Shown here: positions 36,141-50,100 of the stretch, one piece after another
How the letters are laid out: each line of letters opens with the position of its first letter
How positions within the stretch are numbered: position 1 is the stretch's first letter
Made by a program: the position numbers and the translations under genes
The notes under the pieces: model-generated
The model's input: only the letters and a program-made list of their open reading frames with translations
The model's database searches: none
Told to the model about the DNA's origin: nothing
Assembly (NCBI GenBank): GCA_001642005.1
Contig: LWCA01000009.1
Span: forward strand, 1-64,000
DNA length: 64,000 nucleotides
Origin: Intoshia linei
Taxonomy: Eukaryota > Animalia > Orthonectida
Direction: 5' to 3'

Positions 36141-38626
36141 TAATACCTGTAAATCATAGGTGAATGACTATTCAATTTTCTACGGTTTTCGATTATTTCA
36201 AAATTATGAGAATTACACCAATTCTAAATTCATATCATTTAAAATAAAAATGAATTACTTGAGCATATGATATAAAAAATATTTGTTGCGGTGTAAAATT
36301 TTTATAACTAATTAATTTTGGTTCACTTTTTCTATTTAGAGCTTTTAATAAGGCTTTAAAAGCAACAGTTACACCATTGATATCTGAAAAATTTTCTGAA
36401 CTTGTCCTAGTTGAATTCATTGGTGTTGTAGTATTTATAAATTGTGTATAATGATCGACAATACAAACTTTTCGTTTATTAAATTCATCTTTGAACTCAT
36501 CATCCAACCAATTTTCTAGGACACCGTTTTCGTTATACTGACTACCTAAAATTATTAATAGATCAACAAATAAATTATAATATTTTACATTTTCAAAGTT
36601 TTTTAAAATAATGTTTTAATATAAAGTACCAATAGTGTCAATACTATGTGATATTTCGTGACCAATAACCATACCAATTTTTCCATAGTTTACACTGGCC
36701 CTATTTTAAAAAATTATATATAAGTTTAGTGGTTATCATAAATGTTGTCAAAAAGTGCTTCGCTATTGATGACATATTTCATAAATTGAATTCTAATTTA
36801 AAAAGAAAATTACATGGGAACATTTTGATAGTAGAATGGAGGATGAAGTATTCCATATGATAAAAGAATTGCATTGGTCTTGAGCATATAAAAAGCTTCA
36901 GCTGAATGAGTATTGACAATAAATCTATAATGAATGCATAAAAATAATAAAATAATACTTTTTTTCGTAGTTTTTGATAGAAAAAAGTTGTGCACATTTT
37001 TGAGCAATAAACTGATGAACTTTAAAGAATGATTCAAGAAATGTATTCTTTGGTTTTAGTTCTAAACGTTTATAGTATGATTCTATCAGAGTCTTATTAA
37101 GAAGAAATTTTGATTGTATAACTGTGGGTTTTATTAATAAAACTTTGTCAATTATTTTTTGTTTCGTTTCATCCTTAACCCATGATGATTTATTTATAAT
37201 CCGTATAAATGAATTTCTAGTGTTGTTATACATATCATCAATGTCTTCAATAATTTGTTGTGCGTCCCTAAACATTTAGTTATTATAAAAAAGTATATAC
37301 TCTGTTTTCAAAAAGGCCGACCCAGCTACAAGCGGAAATTGTCGAATTGATAAATCCAAACAATAATTGTGGACGCCACTTTTATTTGCAAGAATTGAAT
37401 TTTTAAATATTGTATATAATATCATTTGTTTTTGATTATAGTAAGGTGCAAATGAAAAGAAACCATCCCACAGAACATAGTTTAGTAAATCTCTAAAGAA
37501 AATTACAAATTATGTAAATAAATATTTTAAAACTTTTGTTGTGTTTGCTTTAGGAGCTTATTCAAATTTTCAAAATATTTTAGATCGTACACTTCGAATG
37601 TATACTTTTTATTTATATTTGGGAACAAATAATTGAAATATTTCTCAAAATTGATCTAAAATAAATGAAAATGAAATGTAATGTTTTAAAATTACAAAAT
37701 TTAAAACATTGGAAATTTGTTTTAAATTGTATTTTTTGACGTTTTTCTTTATGTCTTTCAAGACACTATTCGACTTAATTTGGTCTATAGAATCTGTTAA
37801 TAGTGATATTTTGTTTGCCGTGTCATTTAGAATTGAAATGGATGTATTCGTATAACCCATATTAATAAACGATTCAAATATATATTTTTTATAATTTAAT
37901 AAAAATAATGTTGAATTTTTCAAATTCATAGAAATTGGGAATATCTAAATAAAAGTTGCATTTAAAAATTTTTACATTACATTAATCGTTAATTCTTCAC
38001 TTTCTTCATTTATATAAAATTGAAAGAAACTGCTCATTCCTGTCATATTCAAGCTTTTTGCCATAGTTTGTTCCAACTTTAAATTGTGCCCAAATCTGGT
38101 ATCGAAAGAGTAATAGGAACCATAGGTATTTAAAAGTTGATGATAATAATCCGGAGGAGCATCTTTATGATTGAGACATTTTAAGTAAAATGTACTCATT
38201 TTCTTTAAGGCTAACGTTTCATTATAATTCGTCATATTTTGTAGCAATTTCTAAAAATTGTAGCTTTAAAAATATAAAAATTACTTGTCGTATAATGTAT
38301 TTGTGTTCGTTCTTTATTTGTTCAAAATTATTTAAATTGTTATAATATTTGAGACCTTTGTGAACGTTTTTATAATTTCCACAAGAATATTCATAAAAAT
38401 TTTCACACGGATCTACTGATCGATTCATGTAACTGTTCATATCTACATTCAACGATAAACACTCATTTGTTAGACATGTCTAAATAAAAATAAATCTCTA
38501 CTGATGACTGTTTACCTTGCTTCCAATATTGTAGTATATTAAAATCGCAATCAACGATACCAACAAAATTACAATGAAAAAAATATACACCGATTTTTGT
38601 GAATTGACACCTTTTTTATCATCCAT
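36101..38626 (-). CDS. Neprilysin/ECE-like M13 metallopeptidase, copy A (divergent; C-terminal segment not found)
   Basis: Type II anchor after MDDKK, VDPCENFYEYSCGN, NYGKIGMVIGHEISH, ENFSD, IFFISYAQ|NWC and HSPMIYR. Homology stops at ~36149 and the read-through stop is at 36101. Confidence 0.85.
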
Positions 38627-38781
38627 TTTGTAACTTTTATATTGTAAAAATCAATCAATCAATCTACGACCAACTAAATTAATCTGATAATAATTAATAC
38701 ATAACTATCCAATTTCCAAATTCGATACTAATACAATTAATAAATAGACTAATAAAAAATTTTTAATATAATTTTCACAAA

Positions 38782-41700
38782 CTACCACAACTCGCATTTT
38801 TGTTCTGGATTCATTGGAGAGTTGACTTTACAATTAAATGCATTCGAAAATTCATTAGTATTTCTTAACACTGCGTTTACGCGAATGTGGGGTGGTGAAT
38901 GATTATCATGATTTATCATTATTTTATAAGCGTCTATGGGATATTTGTGACACCATATCTAAAAATTGTAAAATGCAAGTATAAACTAACCTGAGCAAAC
39001 GAAAGAAAAAATATTTGATCGTATGTCGCATTAGAAAAACCAATTAGTTTCACGTCTTCCTCACTTTTTTGTTTCAGAGTCTTTACAGTTTGAAAGGCTA
39101 ATTTTATTCCACCCAAATCCGCTATATTCTCGGAAACAGTATTAGTACCATTCAGTTGTACTCCATCAATGGTGTAGTCGTTGAAATGGTTAATGATACA
39201 GTCTTTTCTTTTATTAAATTCCCCAGTAAAATCTGCGTCCCACCAATTAATTAAACTTCCATCCTGGTTATATTGACCACCTAGTAAATATATTCAATAG
39301 TTCATGTCGTGGCAGTGTCATCTCTACACTTTTTCAGATATAGAAAATACTTCCTAATAAAAAATTCTGAAAAAATGGACTGTTTTGAGAGTTTTAAATA
39401 CTGGTCACAATATTGTAAACTTAAATTTTTAACTTGACGAATTAAACATTTTCTCTGACAATCGTATGTAGAAAAATTACCAACATTATCTATACTGTGT
39501 GTCAATTCATGCGAAATGATCATACCCATTGCACCATAATTAACACTATTTCTAAAATACATGTATATTGGGAACAAAATAAGGTACATTCCAATGTCAC
39601 TATAAAAAAATGGAGCAGAGAGAATTCCAGCAGGTAAAACTATTCTATTTATTGTACCAGTATAATACGCGTTAACAATACTCGAACCAATTAGCCATCT
39701 AGTTAATATTAAACACGAAATAATAGACTACCTATTTTTGTTAGTTTTCAAAATCAACGTTTGAGCTATTAAGTCAGAATTATGATGAGTTATTTTTAAA
39801 AATAAATCCAAAAATGAGTCATCAGGGTCGTAGTTAAAATCTTTATAATAGTAATCCAATTCCGCCGTCGTGTTTAAAAAATCTGGTTGATATATCATTG
39901 GTATTATGGAAGATATTTTGGCACTAATTTTTTCAGTCATTTTTTCACTTATCCAGTTAAATGATGAAATTCTTTTTTTGAATTCTTGTTTTAAATTGGA
40001 AATCATTTTTTGTGTTTTTTCAATAATTTTTTGAGATTTTCTAAACAATTAGTTATATTTATTTTCACATTACGTTGTATCCACGAAAGCAGCACCTGCC
40101 GCAATAGGCATTTTCATAGAACATAATGTTAAACATGTTGACCATCGTGACAGTTCAGTCATTTTTCCTCTAATTTGATAATTGTAGTGAGATTTTAACA
40201 ATCTTTGTTTTTCACTGTAAAATGAAGAGATTGAAGTGAACGTTGTCCATAAAATGTAATCATTCAAAGACCTAAAAATACATTAAATAATTTCATCAAT
40301 TATATTGTGTATCAGGGTCCTCAAATTTTTGGTAGATGACACATTTTATAATTTTAATAGTTTTATGGGCACCAAATGTATCGTTTACTTAAGTGTTTCT
40401 CAACTGTGTGCGAGAAAATGTTATGAAAGACGGGGTTAGTTACATTAGATTTTTTTGTTTTTTGTACGAAACTACTTTTTAAATTTCCTTTACAAAATCT
40501 TCTACTATACATGTAGTAAAGATTTTCAGTAAGCACCCAAAAATATAATATTTACTATTTTGTTATTTGGTTGTACGCCAACATTTTTAGTTGCTTTCAA
40601 ATCAGCCCGAATGGAAAAAAGGTTGATAAGCATTTCACTAATTATATATAAGATTTAATCTCTACGTATGTATGATACCGTTTAATTAAATAATTAAGCA
40701 TTCGAGAATTTAAAAAATGTTTTATGAAATTTGCAACCATTCCTAAAGTTAAACCTAACAAAATTGAGTAAAAGCGATATAACTATTTAATTTTGTATTA
40801 CGATACATTTTGATCAAATCCTTATTAACGAATCAGATTTATTTATGGAACCAAAAAACCCGTCATTAAAAATGTATCTATAATCTTATAATCTATTTAT
40901 AATTTATTAATAGTTTTTCACATAATGGCGAAGTAATAGTAGTGTTATTAAGCCATAGTGCACACGATGAAAAATCAATCCACTATTCACAAGTAAAAGC
41001 GTTAAATGAATGTTTAAATCAGTCATATTATTACAAAACTATAATATGATTTTACAGTCAATCCTGTTCACCATGAAAACTTACCATAACTCTTCTTTTT
41101 TTATCTGAACATAATTTTCAGCATTTTTTGTACAACTTTTTCATTGTTCACTTACCACTATAATATGAACAGTGTTAAATGTTATGACCACTATGAAAAC
41201 TAATAACATTTGGTTCCATCATGTTCACGTTGAACAGGATTGGATATATAACTAAAAAAGTTTTAAATACACAAGCTTAAGATATATTACGATTACGTAA
41301 GCTTGAATCACAAAAATCATCGTTTGATTCTATAAATACAATGTAATCTTAATTTATAAAAAAATTTTTGGGAGGGCCCATAATGTCGCTTAGTCCGGGT
41401 CTACTGCTGGCTCTTCATGGCGCTGCATCCAGTTATGATATGTTAAATGGTCATTTAAATGTTTATACAATCATATTTTTATCCACAATTTGATCGACAA
41501 TAGGAATTTTGGAATTAACGACTTTGGACGTGGTTTAATTTTGGTACAGGGAAAAGATTAGTCAAAACTATTTCTAATTGTTTTACTTTTTTAACAAAAT
41601 TTGTCATAATTTAAACTTAATTAAACTAAAGTGAGCGAAACAATGATGAAGACGTGAAGGTATAATTATGGAGCTTTCAATAATAAACAATGGGAGGAGT

Positions 41701-44430
41701 TTCATATTGAAAATACAATAGATTAGAAACAAAAAACGTACAAAATTGACTGTATAACAAATTTTCATAAAATATGGTGGTTCGACATGAAAGGTTGATC
41801 ATCATAAATCAAAGTATGTATAATCCTTTCTAATGATTATAAACTAGTTAAAAAAATTTTATTTAGAAATCAAAAAAATTTAATTACGTTAACTTAAATT
41901 TTTAAATACTAAAAATTGCGTTAAAATTTATTTGGACTTTGACCATATTTCATAATATTGATAACAATAAATGATTTCAAAATTAATCTAAAACAATTTT
42001 ACAAAATTTAAATCTATTTTTCTAGTCATTGCAAAAGGTGTAAAATGGACTATTAATGAATAATTATAAATTTCTGCATATCATTACTATACAAATGGGC
42101 AAAATGCGCCTACAATTTTTTTTATTGTTATGTTAATGATTGATTAAAGATTTATATTATAATGTCAAGTCCCAAATTGGTGAACCAAAGAGAATACTGT
42201 GTGTAAAATCATTTTGAAATTTGAACATTATGCGGGTCAATCGTTAATTGTTTTCATTCGATTTTCCCGTATAAATTGACATTGTTCTCCGTTTTGGTGC
42301 ATGCTGATTTAATCGAAAAATGGTCATAATTTTGTTTTTCCAGGATCATTTGGTACTTTCGTGCGGTGACCCATTCTTCACACTTCACAAACATCGGGTT
42401 TTTATCTGTCCGCATAAAAAAAAATCACAAATTAATAGTTGTTTGATACATTATCTTGTGCGCTTTTATAAAATTGTAGTTCTGTTCGTTTTTCGTACAT
42501 ATACCTTTCTTTTTGTAAAGCATTCCCTCAAAATTTTGTCAATGAAGAATATTACTTTACCTATTCCATTCCACTTTTGCCTGATATCGAGCATTCCCAA
42601 ACTCTTTTACATTAGCGGTCACTTTTTCTAATTCAAATTAAAAATTCACCTACAGTTTTTTGTTCATTTCATAATAGTTTTTAATTATTGTATATAGGCC
42701 TAAGTCTTACGTATTATATATAATATAGTCATAATCAAAGGCAATTAGAAGATTACATGAAAAATGGATTCCCTATTTATTTAATCCTATTAAATTTTAG
42801 ATATATGATGTGATATTGTGTCTTAAATTAAGACAAGTAATATTAAGACTCTTAATATTACTTAAAGTGTTCCAATTAGTGATACACATGTTTGCATTTT
42901 GATGTCAGTAAACATCTGTAGGGATGTAAAATATCGATATGATATTCATAGATCTATGAACTAATGTTTCAGTAAAAGAATTTATTAGTATAAGTTGATT
43001 ACTAACATGTCATAATTATTAATCTTTCTCTTATAATAAGGGAAACATTGGTAAATAGAAGTAACTACAACCATGTATAAAACAGAAATTTCAATGTAAC
43101 CTAAATGTACATAAGCGATTTTCAAAATTTTGATATTGTGACCAAAAGCTAAGTTCTAATTACCGAAAGTCAATATTATATTCAAAGTTCATAAAGCTGT
43201 AAATAATATTACTGGAGAATTCATGAAACCACTATTTTTTCCCACACAAAATATTATATTTCTTATTAAAAATTTTTTAATTGATATAAACCTTTCATCC
43301 ACATTATATAGCATATAATTGACATTTTTAAGAAAAGGCACAGTGTGAGTTTCAAACATGACGTTATCATTTATATTTGGATAAACATAATTAAAAAGTT
43401 TTTTCACATCAAGCTAAAAAAATATAATTGAATTTACAAAATCATACCATATCGATAATATTTGCTAGATGAGACAAATTAAACCTAGTAAAAGTTTTTT
43501 TTGGATTTTGAATATGATCAAAACTATTAATATTAGATAATTGATGTTCAATATTAACAATATTTGTCGCGGTTTGGTTTAGAACACTAAATGGTGTGTT
43601 TGTGTATCCCATATCAATTAACGAATCGATGATATATGCGGCATATATATTACGAACAGTTTCATTGTTGTAATAATATTTAGAAAATTGAAGTGTTATT
43701 GAAGAAAGCTACGTTTATATTATGTAAACCTGAATAATTAAATATTACGTTGATAACGTGTTCATTATTATTTTGTTCACTTATCATAACGTTGAAAGAA
43801 AAAAAGTGGGTAGTACTGGTTTGATTATACGTAGTTGCAATAATGTGTTCTAGATTAATACCATCTTGATGAAAACGATCATCGAAAGAAAAATATCCAC
43901 CGATATTTCCAAGGAATTGTAAATAAAAGCCGTTCGTGTGCTTGTAACTGTTTGTACACTTTTCAAAAAAAGATTTTATATACAAAATAGCACTGGAATT
44001 TTTATTTTTATAAGTATGATTGTCCTCTAAAAGTTTCTAAAAACTATAATAATGACCACCAGCTATTACCTTCCGTATAAGTAATTTGTTGTATTCCGTA
44101 AGTATCGTAAAAGCAGAGTATCTGTAAAAGTTGGGTGGTATACCATGATCTTCTGCAAAGTTTCCGCAGGCATGTTCGTAAAAATTATCACATGGATCAA
44201 CTGATTTGTCCATATATGAACTCATATGCGCGCTTAATTGAAAACACTCGTCTGTCGAGCAAATCTGTGCAGCTATACATTTGTAAAAAAAATAAATACT
44301 TTAATATCTTGGTGAAATTTGATTATATAAGAGGCAATAATAACCCCTATCAAGATAAGAATTATAATAGCAAAACTCAGGTTTGTTCGTGTAAATTTAT
44401 ATTTTCTGGGTTTTGATTTTTTTGCGACAT
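38782..44430 (-). CDS. Neprilysin/ECE-like M13 metallopeptidase, copy B, with a ~3-kb intron
   Basis: VDPCDNFYEHACGN, VNAYY, NYGAMGMIISHELTH, ENIADLGG and HSPPHIRVN...CKVNSPMNPEQKCELW*. The exon ending YNVDE(R) at ~43292 joins in phase to (R)SLNDYILW at ~40272. Confidence 0.9.
42150..42640 (-). pseudogene. Decayed Tc1/mariner-like transposase remnant inside the neprilysin B intron
   Basis: Broken frames WVTARKYQMILEK and FIRENRMKTIND*PA*CSN resemble the Tc1 motifs (MNA..Y..IL; LDWPAxSPDLN). Confidence 0.4.
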
Positions 44431-45068
44431 TTCTGCGAATTTAAAATAATAATAAATTATAATAATATTACATTATTTTTTCTTTAGGCATCATTACTTT
44501 GCAAAAGGTTTCTAAATACTAGTAAAGTTATATATTATTTAGAACCTTCCTCCATATCAAAAAATTTATTTACTATACACTTGATAGAGCAGATGGCAAT
44601 GTCATAATTTAAAATGGTATTAAAATTAATTGCTTGTTATTACTGGAAAAATTAAAAACTGATTGACTTTTGATTATATGGTACAAAGTTCACTGATTTT
44701 AGGTAATTTTCAACCTGTCATATCATAACATGATTCTTGCAAGGTTTGAATAACATATCAACAAAATATTTAAGAATAAATCAATAATGCAACTGCGCTC
44801 TCAACAAATGCTAGTTTTTAAATTAATTACGTTTCTAATTTATTTTTCAAATTATAATATAACATAAATAAGATCGGTGAAAATATTATTAATAACCTAA
44901 TAAGGATTACATCATGTATTAATCCAGTTGGAATTATTTCATGGACCAAAAGGAATTATATAATTTACACTGATACTACAGATACTGAGTATTTAACATC
45001 AAATGAAAGTCTCGTATTTAGGTCAATAAAAAGTAGATGTACATTTATTTATCAATGAAATCCATTAC

Positions 45069-46777
45069 TTACACTTCCATTTTTTTCATGCGGTGATTAA
45101 AAGATCTGTGTTCCTTTAACTTGACAATTTTTAATTTATTTCGTTCTTTTCTAAATTTTTAAATTACAACATTAAGTTTAAAAAACCGTTTTTCAATCAA
45201 TTCTTCATCTTGGGGTGATTCTTCTACAATTTCGTCTAATTTAATACTATCCCATATAATTGTTCTTAATTTTTTGAGACAATCTGCTTGGTTCAATATA
45301 GCTGATCGAGCGATTTGTGATGTCACATGTAACTCGCCATTTTTGTTAATATAATTATCGGCCTAATATTAAGATTAATAAAAATAAAAAAACATTAGGT
45401 ATGTCTACAAATGCATACATTGAACTAGACTAATTTGTCTTCACCTAATTATTAGTTCAAAAAATAGATGAGAATTCAATATCAATTAAATATAAAATTC
45501 TTAATAAATTATGGGAATGCATTACACTACATTATACAATGTATAATATACATACAATACCCCAGTGGTCAATAAACGTTTTTTCGGACCCCAAAAGAAA
45601 CATGAAATATAAAAAATTAATAAAAAAAGTAAAGGTTTTTTATCATAAGATATGATATAATCGTGATTTCCATAAAAAATATTGGAAAAAGAGAATTTTT
45701 CACTGAGGGTTTGAAGTGGTATTTTTGTATTAAATTTTATTAATGTTGGGATAAAATTGGAATTTTTAAAATAATACTGTAGCGGTCATATAGGCTTTGG
45801 GATAATTCACCACATCTGGCAACGCTGTAATAAATATTAAAAATTCTCCCATAAAAATAAAAAAAAGTTGATAAAAATTTTTTTACATTTTATTTTCATT
45901 TGACGGACCCCAGGTATATAGTTTTCATACCACCAAGAGGTCCTGAAATACAAACCGTGAACCACTGGTTTAATCGAATCAAAATCAGCAAATCTGGTTC
46001 GAAATTCCAAATCAACATTCAATAATATATTTATTTTTAATAATTTACCCGTTTTGCAGAATATATTATTAAATAGTTTCGCGGGGCCTGCTTTAAGCCA
46101 CCCTGCTTACAATCATAGTCATTTTCATTTAAAATTAAAAAAAACAACTAAAAATATCTCTCGGCACTCATTTACTGATCACTACTACATGTTATAACTA
46201 ATAAAATTTGTCATCATTTTTAGAGAAATCCTTTATTTTAATTAACAAAATTGAAAACCACGATAAAAATAGCAATTTTTTCAAAATCAAACATTTTAGA
46301 TTAATTCAATTTGAATTAAATTAAAGAATGTAAAAATAAACTGTAAAAAGACTTACATTTTGTAAACAAAATAATATTCAAAGACCTGTCAAATACAGAA
46401 TGGAATAATGTAAGTGAAATAATCAAATTTAAATTTAATCAATTTTAATTAAAAAGAAAATTACATGCTTCAAAATAGAACCTTTTGCACTATCATTTAG
46501 AAATGAAGCGTTATTAACGTTAAAACTGATACTGACTTTAGATTTTACTAAAAATAGATTAACCAAATAAAAAAGTAATATTACCGGCATTAGCATTGGA
46601 TCCTCCAGGAGAAGAAGACTTCATGTAACTGAATCTTAGTTGCTTCATATCCAATATGCCATTAAATTTAATATTATCCTTATGATTAGACAATACATTT
46701 GATTGCTGTGTTGAAACATTAAATCTCTGGAAATTTACAAATTTGCAACATTTTAATTTTCTCAGTAAAATCGACAT
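45069..46777 (-). CDS. ICT1: ICT1/mL62 mitochondrial peptidyl-tRNA hydrolase homolog with a GGS motif
   Basis: FNGILDMKQLRFSYMKSSSPGGSNANA|VKSKVSISFNV...|...INKNGELHVTSQIARSAILNQADCLKKLR...|basic tail. Four in-phase exons, stop at 45069-45071. Confidence 0.88.
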
Positions 46778-47163
46778 CTCGTCTAAAAAATAAATAAAGT
46801 ATAAACTATTAAACATGCACTTACTTTTATAAAACATGATCCAAAATTTTAGAAAACGTGGCTAATTAACAAAGTTTTTTAATAATTTTGAAATAATGTT
46901 ATGTTTACACTATTTACTACTATTGTCTTAAACTACTCACTAACTATAAAATCTGGAGATTCTACGGCCAACGAAACTTTTAAAATAGAAAAATATAGAT
47001 ATGTAAAAATGTTGTTTATTGTTAGTTTTAAACTAATTTCATATTTCAATGTAAATAAAAAATGTATAAAACGTTAATGTGAAAACAAATAACCTAAGGT
47101 TATAATTGTGATAATTTTAAAATAAAATTAAAATTATATTAAATTATTGGCGGATATTTCTAA

Positions 47164-50100
47164 ATGATTAAAATGGAGTAGAAATTGTGAATTTTAATTT
47201 TATTAATATTTTAGAAAGGTAATTGAAAATTATGATGAGGTTGACGAAAAGTACAATTTTAAATTACTGGATAAATTTACTAACAAAATGGGTTGGCTCA
47301 TGAATTTTAAAGAAGTAATAAAATATTAAATATTTTTTAATTGTTACAATATTTTTAAAGGTTACAATTATAAATGATAATGACAGAAAATGTACAGCTG
47401 TAGCATTATATTTTTTACAAAGAAATGGAGGCCGATTTAAAGTGAATTACGTTTATCATCCTTATTTTTTTGTATTGCCAAAAAAAGGGTGTTTGAATGA
47501 ATTGGTGTCATATTTAAATAACAAATATAATGAAAAATTGGTGAATGTACAAATTGTTGAGAAGGAGGATTTGGACATGAAAAACCATTTAAGTGGTATT
47601 TTGAGAGAAACCATTAAATTAAGTTTTTACACAACTGATGAAATGTTTGAAGTACGCAAGGATATTGAAAAAAATTCAAAACCTAACAAAATGATTAAAA
47701 TAAATTCAAACAAAGCAACATATTTCAATTTATTATCTTCTCATTTGGAAAAAACTGGAGATTCTGTGTCACGCACTTCAAGCACCCAACGATATTCGAA
47801 TAAAGGAGAAAATATTGTTGAATTACGTGAATATGATGTTAATGTGACTATGAGAACAGTGGTAGATAACGGGTTCAATGTGGGTCTCTGGTACAATATC
47901 AAAACAAGAAACACCTTTGATAACCCGATAATTACAAAACATGAAAAGGTTTTAGCACCTCCAAATATGGTAGTTTTGGCATATGATATTGAAACTACCA
48001 AATTACCTCTAAAATTTCCAGATTCAAAATTTGATCAAATTATGATGATTTCGTATATGATCAACGGTAAAGGGTATTTGATTATTAATCGAGAAGTAGT
48101 ATCTCAAGATATTGATAGTTTTACTTTTGAACCGAAACCAGAATTTTCAGCTTTATTTAATGTGTTTAATGAAGAAAATGAAAAGGCTACCATTGTCCGT
48201 TTTTTGAATCACATAATGAAAATAAAACCTAACATTTTTGTAACATATAATGGTGATTTTTTTGATTGGCCGTTTGTTAGAGACAGAGCTATTTTTCATG
48301 ACTTGAACATGGAAATTTCTATTGGATTCAAACACAACGTCAACTCTGATTTTTTCGAATGTCACGCCGCTTATCACATGGATTGTTTCAATTGGGTTAA
48401 AAGAGATAGTTATTTACCAATGGGTAGTCAAAATTTGAAAGCAGTTGCTAGAGCAAAGCTAAATTATAATCCTGAAGAGGTTAACCCAGAAGAGATGGTC
48501 CAGATGGCGATTGACGAACCTCAAACAATGGCTACGTATTCAGTTTCAGACGCTTTAGCTACTTATCATTTGTATATGCAATATGTTCATCCATTTATTT
48601 TTGCATTATGCACTATAATCCCTATGAACGCAGATTTTGTACTTCGAAAGGGTAGTGGCACCCTGTGTGAAAGTTTACTAATGATTGAAGCTTACAAGGC
48701 GAATGTTTTGTGTCCAAACAAATCACGAATATCTCAGAGAATGTTTAATGAAGAGGGAAAGTGGTTGACTACTCAAACATACGTTGGCGGCCATGTGGAA
48801 GCAATTGAATCTGGAATTTTCAGAGCAAATATACCGTTTAGATTTAGATTAGACAAGTACGCAATAGACCAAATGATTGATAAGGTTGACGATGTTTTAA
48901 AACACAAATTGGAAATTGAAGAGAAAGTTGATTTAGAGTGTGTTGAAAATTTTTCTGAAATCAAACAAGAAATAATCAATCAATTAAACCATTTAAGCAA
49001 TAATCTTATTTTGAATGAATTCCCTACTATATACCATTTTGACGTTAGTGCCATGTACCCCAATATTATTCTAACAAATAGATTACAACCGTATTCTATT
49101 GTGAACCAGGAAATTTGTGGAGCATGTGATTTTAACACTGCTAATGCCAAGTGTCAAAAACGAATGGATTGGACTTGGCGGGGCGAAATGTTTCCAGCCA
49201 ATAAACATGAAATTGCTTCCATTGAAAAACAATTAGAAGGCGAATATTTCAATCAAAAGTATGTTACACCATCAGAAACCATTACAGAAAGCAAAACTTT
49301 TTATCAATTGCCTATACAGGTAAGAATAGAAGAAACCAAAAAACGTTTAACCGAGTACTGTCGGAAGGCTTATAGAAAAGTGAAACTTAAAAGTGAAGGG
49401 AATCGTTCTGAAACTGTCTGCCAAAGAGAAAATTCATTTTATGTTGACACTGTGCGTGCTTTCAGAGATCGCAGATATATATACAAAGGAGAAGTCAAAA
49501 AGTGGAAGCGTATGTTGAGCGAAGCAAAAGAAAACAATAACATTGCAAAAATCACGGAATTTTCGAGTATGGTTGTATTGTACGATTCTTTACAATTAGC
49601 GCACAAATGTATTTTAAACTCCTTTTATGGTTATGTTATGCGCAAAGGTTCACGTTGGTACTCGATGGAAATGGCAGGAATAGTGTGTAAAACAGGCGCA
49701 TCAATAATAAAATCGGCATGTGAAATTATTGAAAAAGTGGGCAGACCATTAGAACTTGATACAGATGGTATTTGGTGCATGCTTCCTAGTTCTTTCCCTC
49801 AACATTTTCTTTTAAAGTTGAATCACAAAAAATCTAAAATTGTAATCAATTTTATGGGATCAATTTTGAACGAAATGGTTCATAAAAAATTTTCTAATCA
49901 TCAATACCATACAATGGAGGATGTAGAAACTAAAAAATATAATGTTGCATGTCAAAATTCAATATTTTTTGAAGTCGACGGACCCTATTTAGCCATGATT
50001 TTACCTTCTTCTAAAGAAGAGGGCAAGAAATTAAAAAAGCGGTATGCTGTATATAATTTGGACAATAGTCTAGCAGAATTGAAAGGTTTTGAAATTAAAA

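Noticed and set aside
43189-44430. A third neprilysin gene
   Set aside because: These N-terminal exons join in phase to the exon at ~40272 at the same intron position as in copy A, so they belong to copy B.
45563-45967. hAT MITE with CAGTGGT ends in an ICT1 intron
   Set aside because: The inverted ends are short and the flanks do not form a TSD. It is repetitive (similar to ~61420-61690 reversed) but its boundaries are unsupported.
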